A stretch of 45,682 nucleotides of DNA from Gemmatimonadota bacterium (GTDB taxonomy: Bacteria; Gemmatimonadota; Gemmatimonadetes; Gemmatimonadales; GWC2-71-9): assembly GCA_039586365.1 (NCBI GenBank), contig JBDHKN010000031.1:1-45682 (forward strand). Direction: 5' to 3'. A program made the translations under genes and the position numbers. A model generated the notes under the pieces. That model did no database searches. It had not been told where the DNA came from and worked only from the letters and a program-made list of their open reading frames with translations. Shown piece by piece: positions 1-9,425 of this stretch (the first letter of the stretch is position 1; each line of letters begins with the position of its first letter).

Positions 1-2416
1 GCAGCACCACCGTACCCTGAGGCACGTCACGCGGCAGCTCTACCTCGATGCGCACTTCGTCGGGCTTGTAGAGCGCGGTGTCCGCCCTCACGCTGTCGAG
101 GCCGGCTCGTACCGAGTCGGCGTGACCTCTGATCGCCTGGGCACGGGCACGGGCTTGCTCCGCGACCCTGAGCAGTGAGTCCGCCTTGATGGCTACCGAG
201 TCTGCTATCAGGCCGTTGAGTTTGGCCGTGAGTGAGTCTGGTACCTCGGCTGTAGCCTTCGCGAGGCTGTCCACCACACCGCGGGTGGCTTTGAGGCTGT
301 CGAGGATCGCCCGCGCCCTGAGAGCCTGCGCCACCTTATCGCGCATATCCTGCGCGGTGCTGTCCTCTATAGCCTCCATGCGGCTCAGGTCGTAGGTGAG
401 GAACGCATTGGCGATCGCCCAGTGCACTCGCTCGCCGTCAGCGCTCCACCACGGAAACTCGCCGCCGATCTCGGTGAGTTTCCTCACCCGTACCGGAGCG
501 GAGTTCGGGTTGGCGACCGAGATCGTGGGAGTCGGACCACCCACCTCCGGGATGTCGACGGTGTAGATGTGGCTGCCGACTTGCGCTACTGCGCGCCCAC
601 CGGTCGGCGAGATCATCACGAGACCCGCCGGTGGCGGCTGAGGTCCGCCTTCGGCCACGTCAGCTTCCGAAATCATCTCCTGCTTGAACGTCGGGAAGAC
701 ACGGCGCGGCAGCTGCACCCACTCCTCCTCGTGCGGGGATCCAAAACCTGGTGGAGGCGCGCCACGCACTTGGAGATGCCGTTTCACATCCGTTCCATCC
801 CAGCGGAACGATACCAGGCCTTCCGCCGGACTGTACGCATAGATGCGCTCGGGCTGGTCATTCCGGAAATGGGCCACGTCGCGAGTGCCGATTGGCGCTA
901 TGAGAGTCACGTCACCACCGGTGGCCGGCACCCACACGAACTCGCCGCCGAGCGGGCCAAAGAAGATGTCGGGCGCCTTCTTCAGCTCACGCGCCGCTCC
1001 GCGAGTGGCTACGATGCGCTCACCCTCGGGTGACCATGCGAGGTTGTAGTACAGTGCCGCAGTGTTCGTGAGCCGCTGCGGCTCCCCGGAGCCGTCGGCC
1101 GGCACTTTGGTTATGTGACCGCCTGCGCTGTCACCCCAGGTGACGAACGCCACCCATGCGCCGTCCGGCGACCAGATCGGGTGATACTCGCCGAGTTCGC
1201 CATCTGTGAGTCGTCGCGGCTCGCCGCCCGGCAACGCCTTGACCCACACGCGGTCGAACGCGGTGAACGCGATGCTCGTACCGTCGGGCGACGGCACCGG
1301 ACTCCTGATCTGTCGCGCCGTCACCACTGCTGTCGTGTCCACCCGAAAGTCGAACTTGACCTCGGGACCCACGTCCAGCTCGACATCCGCCTCGAACGGG
1401 ATCTGCGTCGGCTCGCTGCCGTCGGTCGGCACGCGCCAGATCTCGCCCCCGTAGGATACGACGATGGCCCTGGAGTCGGGCGTGAAGCTGTACCCAGGCA
1501 GAACGTCGAGTGGGGCCCGAGACTCCATGTCATCCCGCTGCACCGGATAGGCGAGCCATTGTTCAGTCCCGGTCTCGAGGTTGCGTATCCTCAATCCCGT
1601 CTCAGCATTCTCCCGAGTGCCGTAGACGAGCCACCGGCCGTCGGGTGAGATGGCAGGACGGAACGCCGAGCCGTAGCGATTCGTCATCCGCGTCGACTGC
1701 CCCGTCTCGCGGTCGTACCGGTAGAGCTGTAGTTGAGGGAAGAGAGCGTTGTAGGACCAGTCTCCCGTGCGCCCGGCATACCAGATGCAACGGCCGTCCG
1801 GCGCGGGAGCTGCACCGAGCGTCTTGAGGTTGGCCGGGGTCCGGATGACGGGAAGCGGACGATTCCGGTCGACCGCAATCATCTCCAGCTTTGCCGCACC
1901 ACCCAATCCCCCCGAGCGACTCACGACGATGTAGTCGCCGTCGGGCATCCACTCGGGTGACACATAGAGATTCGTGTTACCCCGGGTCACCTGAGTCGTG
2001 TCGGTGAAATCGAGGCGTATGATCCAGACATTGTCGCCGCCACTGCGGTCGGAGACGAATACGATCGATTCGCCGTCGGGACTGAACCGAGGCTGTGCGT
2101 CGAATGCCATGCCCTCCGTGATCCGGGTAGCCTTGCCGCCCTCGATCGGCAGCGTGTAGAGGTCTCCCAGTAGATCGAACACGATGGTCTGACCGTCGGG
2201 ACTCACATCGAGCGACATCCATGTGCCCTTCGTGGCCGTGAACTCGGCTTTGCGCTCCGCCTTGAGCGGAAGTGGCGGCCTGCGATCATCGCCGCGGGGG
2301 CTACCCTGCCCCAACGCGGGAGTCACAGCGAGTATCAGAGCTGAGGCCACAGCACACCCGGCGTTCGTTGAAACCGTCAGCGCGGCCCTCCAGGTCCTCA
2401 CTCCAATGTTGGTCAT
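1..2416 (-). CDS. PD40/TolB-like beta-propeller + amidohydrolase family protein (3' end runs off the window)
   Basis: Absent from the ORF track because no stop lies in the window. Read manually: ATG at 2416 preceded by GGAGG and overlapping the upstream stop (ATGA). Translates MTNIGVRTW...GTWMSLDVSPDGQTIVFDLLGDLYTLPIEGG...RDVPQGTVVL, co-linear with the 2413..5814 paralogue. Confidence 0.9.
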   Translation of the reverse strand, partial: MTNIGVRTWRAALTVSTNAGCAVASALILAVTPALGQGSPRGDDRRPPLPLKAERKAEFTATKGTWMSLDVSPDGQTIVFDLLGDLYTLPIEGGKATRITEGMAFDAQPRFSPDGESIVFVSDRSGGDNVWIIRLDFTDTTQVTRGNTNLYVSPEWMPDGDYIVVSRSGGLGGAAKLEMIAVDRNRPLPVIRTPANLKTLGAAPAPDGRCIWYAGRTGDWSYNALFPQLQLYRYDRETGQSTRMTNRYGSAFRPAISPDGRWLVYGTRENAETGLRIRNLETGTEQWLAYPVQRDDMESRAPLDVLPGYSFTPDSRAIVVSYGGEIWRVPTDGSEPTQIPFEADVELDVGPEVKFDFRVDTTAVVTARQIRSPVPSPDGTSIAFTAFDRVWVKALPGGEPRRLTDGELGEYHPIWSPDGAWVAFVTWGDSAGGHITKVPADGSGEPQRLTNTAALYYNLAWSPEGERIVATRGAARELKKAPDIFFGPLGGEFVWVPATGGDVTLIAPIGTRDVAHFRNDQPERIYAYSPAEGLVSFRWDGTDVKRHLQVRGAPPPGFGSPHEEEWVQLPRRVFPTFKQEMISEADVAEGGPQPPPAGLVMISPTGGRAVAQVGSHIYTVDIPEVGGPTPTISVANPNSAPVRVRKLTEIGGEFPWWSADGERVHWAIANAFLTYDLSRMEAIEDSTAQDMRDKVAQALRARAILDSLKATRGVVDSLAKATAEVPDSLTAKLNGLIADSVAIKADSLLRVAEQARARAQAIRGHADSVRAGLDSVRADTALYKPDEVRIEVELPRDVPQGTVVL

Positions 2417-5400
2417 CGGGCACCTCCTCTCACCCCAGCATTGACATTGGGAGCAGTGTGCCGCCACGGCTCGTCGGGGGCAGGCACTTCGCGCGGCCAG
2501 ATCTCAGCGAGCGTGTCGCCGTCATAGATGCGACCGTTCTTCATCACGTACCTGATGGTGTTGCTGTTTCTGATGTCGTCCAGCGGATTTGCGTCGAGCA
2601 CGATCAGGTCGGCGAGCTTGCCGGGCTCGATGGACCCGAGATCTCTACCCAGGCCGATCGCCTCGGCGCCGAGAATCGTGGCGGCACGCAGCGCGTCGTG
2701 ATTGCTCATGCCGCCGCTCTGGAGTGACCACAGCTCCCAGTGGAAGCCGAGGCCTTGCAGCTGCCCGTGGCTGCCGACTGCCGTCCGGCCGCCTGCCTCC
2801 ACCAGATCCTTGAGCCACGCCGAGTGTTTCTTGAACACGTACTCGTCTTCCATGAACCATGCCGCGGGGCCCGGACCGGGGTTCCGGCGTCGCGCTTTGG
2901 CGTCGATCTCCGCTTTCGGCGTGAAGTGGGCGAGCTTCGTGTCGCCCACAACGTCCTCGTGCGTGTAGAAGTAGTTCTCGGCCCACGGTCCCCCGTAGGT
3001 GACGATCAATGTCGGCGTGTTGGTGGTCTGTGAGGTCTTGAACAGCTCGATCACGTCGCCGTACGCCGGGATGATCGGCAAGTTGTGCTCGATACCCGGA
3101 TAGCCGTCCATCGCGTGCGTCAGATCGAGCCTGTAGTCGAGTCCGCCCTCAGTAGTGGGCATCAGCCCCAGCTCGCGCGCCGCCATTATGAGCCACTGGC
3201 GCTGCCTACGATGACCGGACATGTACATCTTGAATGTCTTGGTGTCGTAGTAGTCGCTGTAGCGGCGCAACACGTCGCGCGCGTGATCCAGACTGTTGAT
3301 GCCCTCACTGGAGAAGACACCCGGCCCTGTGGAATACACCCGCGGACCTGGGATATGTCCCGCGTCGACTCTGTCACCGTACACGAGGACGTCGGTGGTG
3401 GAAGTCTGGGGGTCACGAGTCGTAGTGACTCCGTATGCGAGGTTGGCCAGGTAGATCCAAGGACGCTTCCAGTGAAGCCCCCAGAGATTCCACATGTGGG
3501 AGTGCGTGTCCACGAATCCCGGAATGATCGTATTTCCGCTGACGTCGATGATCGTAGCCCCGGCCGGGACTTCGCCCTGGCGTCCGACACTGACCACCCT
3601 GTTGTTCTCGACGACTATGTCGGCGTTCTCGATCACCTCGCTGCCGCGCATCGTGACGACGCGCGCGCCGCGCAGCACGGCGGTGCCTTGCGGTGTGTCG
3701 CGCTGGGCCTGGATCTCGACGCGAAGCTGTTCCGGTCGATACGCCGCGTCCCGCATTGCCGCCGAGTCCGCCCCGGCTTGGCGCAGACTGTCGTCCACCG
3801 CCTCGGCCCGATTGAGGTCGTAGGATAGGAACGCGTTTCCTATGGACCAATGAACCGTACGTCCGTCCGCGCTCCAGGCGGGGAATTCGCCGCCGATATC
3901 GGTGAGCTTGCTGACCGGCATCGCCGCGCTGTCAGGTTTGGTGACCAGGACGCTCGGCACACTGCCGCCCGTCTGCGGAACGGTGATGACGTAGACGTCG
4001 CTCAGTACCTGGGTCAAAGCCTGATCGCCTTCAGGAGCCATCATCACGAGGCCCGCCGACGCCTGCGGTATGACCTCGCGACGGCCCTCCTTGGCATAGT
4101 CACGGGGCATGAGGATGTGCGAACCGGGGTCGAACGCTTCATAGCCGCCAGCGAAGATCGGGAGCCGCCAGGTCACCCGCAGGTGGTACTTCAGGTCCGT
4201 GTTGTCCCAGCGGGTCGAGACCAGGGCCACCGTGGGGGTCTGTCCGTCAGTCTCCGGCGCAGAACCATAGCTGTAGATGCGGTCCGGGTGAGCCGAAGTG
4301 AAGTGCGGCTTCCGCCGTCCACCGGTTGGCCCGATTACCGTGACGTCACCGCCCTCGGCCGGCACCCAGACGAACTCAGCGTCGAGTCCGTCGCGCACGA
4401 ACGGATCGATCGACTCGTGCAGGTTCCGCGCATCCGATCGGATCGCGGCGATGCGGGCACCGTCGGGAGACCACGCGGTCTGCTGATAGTACGCCGAGGA
4501 CGGGGTCAACCTCGTGGGGCTCCCGCCGGTGGTGCGCACGCGCACGATGTGACCCTCGTTGTCGTCCCAGGTCACGTAGGCGATGGAGTTGCCGTCGGGA
4601 GACCACGTGGGGTAGTACTCTCCGACATCCTGGTTGGTGAGTCGACGGGGAGTCCCGTCAGGCAGGTCCATCACGTAGAGCCGGTCGAGCGCCGTGAACG
4701 CGAGCATGGTACCGTCGGGTGAGGGCACGGCATCTCTTATCTGTTTCACGGTGAACGTCGGCGTGTCTTCGATCGGATACTCGAACTTGAGCTCCGGCCC
4801 GACCGCGACCTCCGCGGCCACCGTGAACGGGATCGGGGTGGGATCTGACCCATCGAGCGGCACGCTCCAGATCCGACCGCCGTACGAGATGACTACGGCG
4901 CGCGAGTCTGGGGTAAAGGAGTAGCCCGGGAGCACGTCCATGCTGGCGTAGGATTCCTGCTCGTCCCACTGAACCGGATAGGCGAGCCACCGTTCCTCTC
5001 CGGTCGCGAGATCTCGCAACACCAGCCCCGTTTCCGCGTCGTGCCTCGTGCCGTACGTCAGCCACCTGCCGTCTGGCGACAGAGCCGGCCTGAACGCCGA
5101 ACCATACCGCGAGCTCATGACGGTGTGTGTGCCGGCCTCACGGTCGTAGACTCCGATCTGGAATTGCGGCAGGACCGCATTGTAGCTCCATGCCCCGTTG
5201 CGCCGCGCGTACCAGACGTACCGATCGTCTGGACCGAACGCCGGTCCCAGCAAGCGCTGTGCGTTGGGCCCGGGAGTCATGTCGATGCCCGTTCCACCAC
5301 GCTTGTGATACAGCCAGATCTTTTCGAGTCCCCTGAGCGGAGCTTGGCGCGAGACCACGATGTAGTCTCCGTCCGGCGTCCATTCGGGCGACACGTATGC

Positions 5401-5814
5401 GCTACCGACACCCTTCGTTAGAGGCCGGATGTCACTCCCGTCGGCAGCCATCAGCCAGATGTTGTCGTCACCGCTCCGGTCGGACACGAACACGATTTCC
5501 TCGCCGTCGACACTGAACCGAGGTTGCATGTCGTGTGCGAGACCGTGAGTGAGCCGAGTGGCCGCACCGCCCTCGATCGGGAGGGTGTACAGATCGCCGA
5601 GCAGGTCGAAGACGATCGTCCGCCCATCAGGACTCACATCGAGTGAGATCCAGGTGCCCTCCGTGGCAGTGAAGCGGGCCCACCGCGTGGGCTCCAGCGG
5701 AAGGCCTTCCGCTACCGATCTGTTCTCCTGGGCCTCGAGCGTCCAGGGCAGGATCGAGACAGCGAGTATCGTGAAAGCAGCACGCGAGACGCTGCGACAC
5801 CGGTCCGAACACAT
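2413..5814 (-). CDS. Secreted PD40/TolB-like beta-propeller + amidohydrolase family protein
   Basis: Signal peptide; repeated SPDG/WSPDG motifs; C-terminal IIPGFVDTHSH metal-binding motif and GSIEPGKLADLIVLDANPL. Confidence 0.92.
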   Translation of the reverse strand: MCSDRCRSVSRAAFTILAVSILPWTLEAQENRSVAEGLPLEPTRWARFTATEGTWISLDVSPDGRTIVFDLLGDLYTLPIEGGAATRLTHGLAHDMQPRFSVDGEEIVFVSDRSGDDNIWLMAADGSDIRPLTKGVGSAYVSPEWTPDGDYIVVSRQAPLRGLEKIWLYHKRGGTGIDMTPGPNAQRLLGPAFGPDDRYVWYARRNGAWSYNAVLPQFQIGVYDREAGTHTVMSSRYGSAFRPALSPDGRWLTYGTRHDAETGLVLRDLATGEERWLAYPVQWDEQESYASMDVLPGYSFTPDSRAVVISYGGRIWSVPLDGSDPTPIPFTVAAEVAVGPELKFEYPIEDTPTFTVKQIRDAVPSPDGTMLAFTALDRLYVMDLPDGTPRRLTNQDVGEYYPTWSPDGNSIAYVTWDDNEGHIVRVRTTGGSPTRLTPSSAYYQQTAWSPDGARIAAIRSDARNLHESIDPFVRDGLDAEFVWVPAEGGDVTVIGPTGGRRKPHFTSAHPDRIYSYGSAPETDGQTPTVALVSTRWDNTDLKYHLRVTWRLPIFAGGYEAFDPGSHILMPRDYAKEGRREVIPQASAGLVMMAPEGDQALTQVLSDVYVITVPQTGGSVPSVLVTKPDSAAMPVSKLTDIGGEFPAWSADGRTVHWSIGNAFLSYDLNRAEAVDDSLRQAGADSAAMRDAAYRPEQLRVEIQAQRDTPQGTAVLRGARVVTMRGSEVIENADIVVENNRVVSVGRQGEVPAGATIIDVSGNTIIPGFVDTHSHMWNLWGLHWKRPWIYLANLAYGVTTTRDPQTSTTDVLVYGDRVDAGHIPGPRVYSTGPGVFSSEGINSLDHARDVLRRYSDYYDTKTFKMYMSGHRRQRQWLIMAARELGLMPTTEGGLDYRLDLTHAMDGYPGIEHNLPIIPAYGDVIELFKTSQTTNTPTLIVTYGGPWAENYFYTHEDVVGDTKLAHFTPKAEIDAKARRRNPGPGPAAWFMEDEYVFKKHSAWLKDLVEAGGRTAVGSHGQLQGLGFHWELWSLQSGGMSNHDALRAATILGAEAIGLGRDLGSIEPGKLADLIVLDANPLDDIRNSNTIRYVMKNGRIYDGDTLAEIWPREVPAPDEPWRHTAPNVNAGVRGGAR

Positions 5815-6016
5815 AGGCTGGCTCCGTTGCGAGTTAACCGAACTCAGAGTGACGTGGACAATGCGGCCTCACCCGAGACCGCTGGCACTGTCATTTAAGT
5901 ATGGTGTATACGTACTGTCAAGCGGCCAGGCACTCTACCCCTGTTTCCGCTGGTTCCCCATATTATGCGGCCATGTCTCCCAGGGCGGATGAATCCAACA
6001 ACGTCCCGAATGGCGG

Positions 6017-6739
6017 GTGCGAGATCTTAGTCGGAGGCCTTTGCTCACCGCCATTCTGACCGGCCAAACGGAACAGCATCTCTGCTCGGCAGCTGACACA
6101 GAGCTGCTCGGTGCTCGCGTGCACAGTGAGGCCGTGAGACCGTTCCTCCAGCTGCGGGATGAAGCGCGCCGGGCGGGTTTCGATCTCGCAATTCTGAGCG
6201 GCTTTCGAGACTTCGCGCGACAACTGGCGATTTGGAACCGCAAGGCCACCGGGCGGCAGGCGGTGCTGGACAGTAACGCCGTGCCCCTAGCCATCGAACA
6301 GTTGAGCGAGAAGGAGCTGGTCTTCGCGATTCTGCGATGGTCCGCACTGCCAGGGGCATCGCGGCATCATTGGGGCACGGACCTCGACGTATTTGATGCC
6401 GCCGCGAAGCCAGAGGGATACGAGATCGAGTTGCTTCCGGAAGAAGTGAACTCCGGCGGGATGTTCGGTCCGCTGCACGACTGGCTCGACCGGAGGATCG
6501 CCGCGCATACCGCGTTCGGTTTCTTCCGACCGTACGATCGGGACCAAAACGGCGTGGCACCTGAACGGTGGCACCTGAGCTGTGCCCCGGTCGCAACTCC
6601 CTACGAGGCTATGCTCACGACCGATGTTATCCGAGACACCATCGAGAACGCGGCTATCGAGTTGAAGGAAGTCGTGCTGTTACATCTGGACGAGATCTAC
6701 CAGCGCTTCGTGATCAACACAGGCAGCCCTGTTACATGA
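6017..6739 (+). CDS. M15 family (VanY-like) D-Ala-D-Ala carboxypeptidase
   Basis: SGFRDF, ALPGASRHHWGTDLD (SxHxxGxxxD) and ERWH motifs. Confidence 0.88.
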   Translation: MRDLSRRPLLTAILTGQTEQHLCSAADTELLGARVHSEAVRPFLQLRDEARRAGFDLAILSGFRDFARQLAIWNRKATGRQAVLDSNAVPLAIEQLSEKELVFAILRWSALPGASRHHWGTDLDVFDAAAKPEGYEIELLPEEVNSGGMFGPLHDWLDRRIAAHTAFGFFRPYDRDQNGVAPERWHLSCAPVATPYEAMLTTDVIRDTIENAAIELKEVVLLHLDEIYQRFVINTGSPVT

Positions 6740-7440
6740 AGCTGCGGCCGCGGCAGGACATCGGAACCATCCCCGGGGATCCAGACACCTACGGGCATTC
6801 ACACTTGGGCGTCCCGCTGGAAGTCTGGCGGCCGAGGGATAGATGCAGACTCCTGATACACGCTGGCATTCACGGCGAAGAGCCGGAAACGACCTTTGCG
6901 CTCTCCCGCGCACTGCGCCTGTTGCCCGAACCGTCTCCCCACTGTGCGGTGGTCCTGGCCGCGAATCCGGACGGCCTCATCCGCGGCACGCGGGGCAATG
7001 CCCGTGGTGTCGATCTGAACCGCAATTTCCCAACGCACGACTGGCAGCCGGATCCCGTGAAGCACCGCTCCACCCTCGACGATCCCAGGGATGTCGTGCT
7101 GAGTCCTGGCTCCGGTCCGGGCTCCGAAGTGGAGACCATGGCACTCATAGACCTCATCGACGAGTTGCAGCCCGAGACCGTGATCGCCCTGCATGCCCCC
7201 CTTGCCTGCATCGATGATCCGAAGCAGGGACACCTGGCCCGGTGGTTGGCCGAGCAGACCGGCTTGCCTTTGGTGCCGGACATCGGGTATCCCACGCCCG
7301 GCTCCTGCGGCACGTGGGGCGCCGAACAGGATATCGCGGTCGTCACCTATGAGTTTCCTCTCACGACAACGGATGCGTTGGTCCGCGAGCACGTGCCGGT
7401 GCTGGCGGAGCTACTCGCGGGCGGGGGCCCATGGTCCTGA
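6736..7440 (+). CDS. mpaA: Murein tripeptide amidase MpaA (M14 family, gamma-D-Glu-mDAP amidase)
   Basis: ATG 6736 overlaps the previous stop (ATGA). Motifs GIHGEE, NPDG, NARGVDLNRNFPT, LHAPLACIDDP and GYPTPGSCGTW. Confidence 0.85.
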   Translation: MKLRPRQDIGTIPGDPDTYGHSHLGVPLEVWRPRDRCRLLIHAGIHGEEPETTFALSRALRLLPEPSPHCAVVLAANPDGLIRGTRGNARGVDLNRNFPTHDWQPDPVKHRSTLDDPRDVVLSPGSGPGSEVETMALIDLIDELQPETVIALHAPLACIDDPKQGHLARWLAEQTGLPLVPDIGYPTPGSCGTWGAEQDIAVVTYEFPLTTTDALVREHVPVLAELLAGGGPWS

Positions 7441-8663
7441 ACTACATCTGGATTGCGTTCTTCCTGATCTCACTGGTGGTGGGATTCATCAAGCTGATCT
7501 TCTTCGGTGACACCGAGATCTTCACCAACATGGTCAACAGCACCTTCGAGATGGCCGGCGTCAGTGTCGAAATCTGTCTCGGCTTGATCGGAGTGCTCAC
7601 TCTGTGGCTCGGGCTCATGAAGGTTGGCGAGAGGGGTGGCGCGGTCAACATCCTGGCGAGGGTGGTGCGGCCGTTCTTTCACAAACTGTTTCCCGAGGTT
7701 CCCCAGGACCATCCGGTTCATGGGTCGATCGTGATGAACTTCGCCGCCAACATGCTCGGCCTCGACAACGCGGCAACGCCATTGGGCCTCAAAGCCATGC
7801 AGGAGCTGCAGGACCTCAATCCCGACAAAGACGCGGCTTCCAATGCCCAGATCATGTTTCTCGTGCTCAACACGTCGGGGCTGACGGTGATTCCCATCAG
7901 CATCATGGTCTATCGCGCCCAGCAGGGAGCAGCCAACCCCTCCGATGTGTTTCTTCCGATCCTGCTGACCACCTTCTTTTCAACGCTGGCGGGGTTGATC
8001 GCTGTTGCGGTCGTTCAGCGGATCAACCTCTTCGACAGGACTGTGCTGGCATATCTCGTGGGGCTCACCAGCCTCGTCGGCGCGACCATCGTCTATTTCT
8101 CTCGGCTGCCTCAGGAGCAGGTCGAGACGGTGTCCAATGTGGTCGCCAACCTGATTCTCTTCGGCGTCATCGCCGGCTTCATATCGCTGGCTATGATTCG
8201 CAAGGTCAACGTGTACGAGGCGTTCATTGATGGAGCCAAAGACGGGTTCGCGGTCGTCATCAAGATCATCCCCTATCTCGTCGCCATCCTGGTCGCCATC
8301 GGTGTGTTCCGCGCATCCGGGGCCATGGAACTCGTCGTCGCGGGCATCGAGAGAGTCTTTGTCATGCTGGGCATCAACACCGACTTTATCGAAGCAATGC
8401 CTACCGCGCTGATGAAACCACTCAGCGGTAGCGGTGCGAGAGGGATGATGCTCGATGCCATGCAGACCCACGGGGCCGATTCGTTCGTCGGCAGGCTGGC
8501 CTCCACCTTCCAGGGGGCGACCGACACGACGTTCTATGCCATTGCCCTGTATTTCGGGTCGGTTGGGGTGCGAAACACCCGCTATACCGTGCACTGCGGG
8601 TTGATCGCGGATTTCACCGCGATCGTCGCCGGCATATTCATCGCGTATCTGTTCTTCCACTAA
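7431..8663 (+). CDS. Fused SpmA/SpmB (nucleoside-recognition Gate domain) membrane protein
   Basis: MVLNYIW start; ANMLGLDNAATPLGLKAMQELQ (SpmA-like); KPLSGSGARG and TDTTFY..ALYFGSVG (SpmB-like). Confidence 0.9.
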   Translation: MVLNYIWIAFFLISLVVGFIKLIFFGDTEIFTNMVNSTFEMAGVSVEICLGLIGVLTLWLGLMKVGERGGAVNILARVVRPFFHKLFPEVPQDHPVHGSIVMNFAANMLGLDNAATPLGLKAMQELQDLNPDKDAASNAQIMFLVLNTSGLTVIPISIMVYRAQQGAANPSDVFLPILLTTFFSTLAGLIAVAVVQRINLFDRTVLAYLVGLTSLVGATIVYFSRLPQEQVETVSNVVANLILFGVIAGFISLAMIRKVNVYEAFIDGAKDGFAVVIKIIPYLVAILVAIGVFRASGAMELVVAGIERVFVMLGINTDFIEAMPTALMKPLSGSGARGMMLDAMQTHGADSFVGRLASTFQGATDTTFYAIALYFGSVGVRNTRYTVHCGLIADFTAIVAGIFIAYLFFH

Positions 8664-8953
8664 CGATTGAGGCACTCGCCGTGATGGAAGATGCAGTAGG
8701 AACTCGACGTAGTGTCTGCGTCACCGGTGGTTGTTCCTCCGGCTGTGTTTCGACGAATCCCAGCAATTCTTCGATTTGGTGGGCCGGAGGGGCCGATTTG
8801 TTGCGGCGGAACCGGGAATCAATGGATTACTCACCTGGCCCGAAGAGAATCGGTAATACGTCACATTCTTCCGCGCCCAGCTGCATTAAACTGTTCTGCC
8901 GGCGGCGGAACCGGCGCATCTGAATAGGATCGCAACACCCGGGTCAAACGCAC

Positions 8954-9415
8954 ATGACTGATTGGCTTTCAACACAGCGGCTCCAAGCCAAGGTGACCTT
9001 CGCCGAAGGCTACTCGATCGAAGGCGACCTGCATCTCCAACCCGGCACCGCCTTGCATCAGGGCGTCGAGACACCGCTGGAGATGCTGAACCGGCCGGAA
9101 GACTTCTTCGCCATGACACTGCCCTTCGGTGGTGTCACGCTCGTCGCCAAGGCCCAAACGGCATTGGTTGCTTGTCCGTCTGTGATCCCGGACCAGGATC
9201 CGGAGCGATTAGCTGCGGCCAAATCGATCTTCTTGGAAGTGGAGCTGGCCGGTGGACACGAGGTACGGGGATCCGCGCACTTGGAGCTACCCCACCCCCG
9301 CACGCGCGCCATGGACTTCATGAACATCTCTCACAGGTTCTTCGCCCTCTCGGACGACGAGACCACCTGGTATGTCAATCGAGGCCTGGTCCGCCAGGTT
9401 TTCCCAAGAGACTGA
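8954..9415 (+). CDS. Hypothetical protein with two similar beta-rich halves, upstream of pilT
   Basis: Halves GYSIEGDLHL...EMLNRPEDFFAM and GHEVRGSAHL...DFMNISHRFFAL; ends 10 bp before the pilT start. Confidence 0.7.
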   Translation: MTDWLSTQRLQAKVTFAEGYSIEGDLHLQPGTALHQGVETPLEMLNRPEDFFAMTLPFGGVTLVAKAQTALVACPSVIPDQDPERLAAAKSIFLEVELAGGHEVRGSAHLELPHPRTRAMDFMNISHRFFALSDDETTWYVNRGLVRQVFPRD

Positions 9416-9425
9416 GGACGCTCAC

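Noticed and set aside
186..2222. Many short ORFs in the track
   Set aside because: Shadow ORFs of the long minus-strand gene 1..2416, which the track missed because it lacks a stop in the window.
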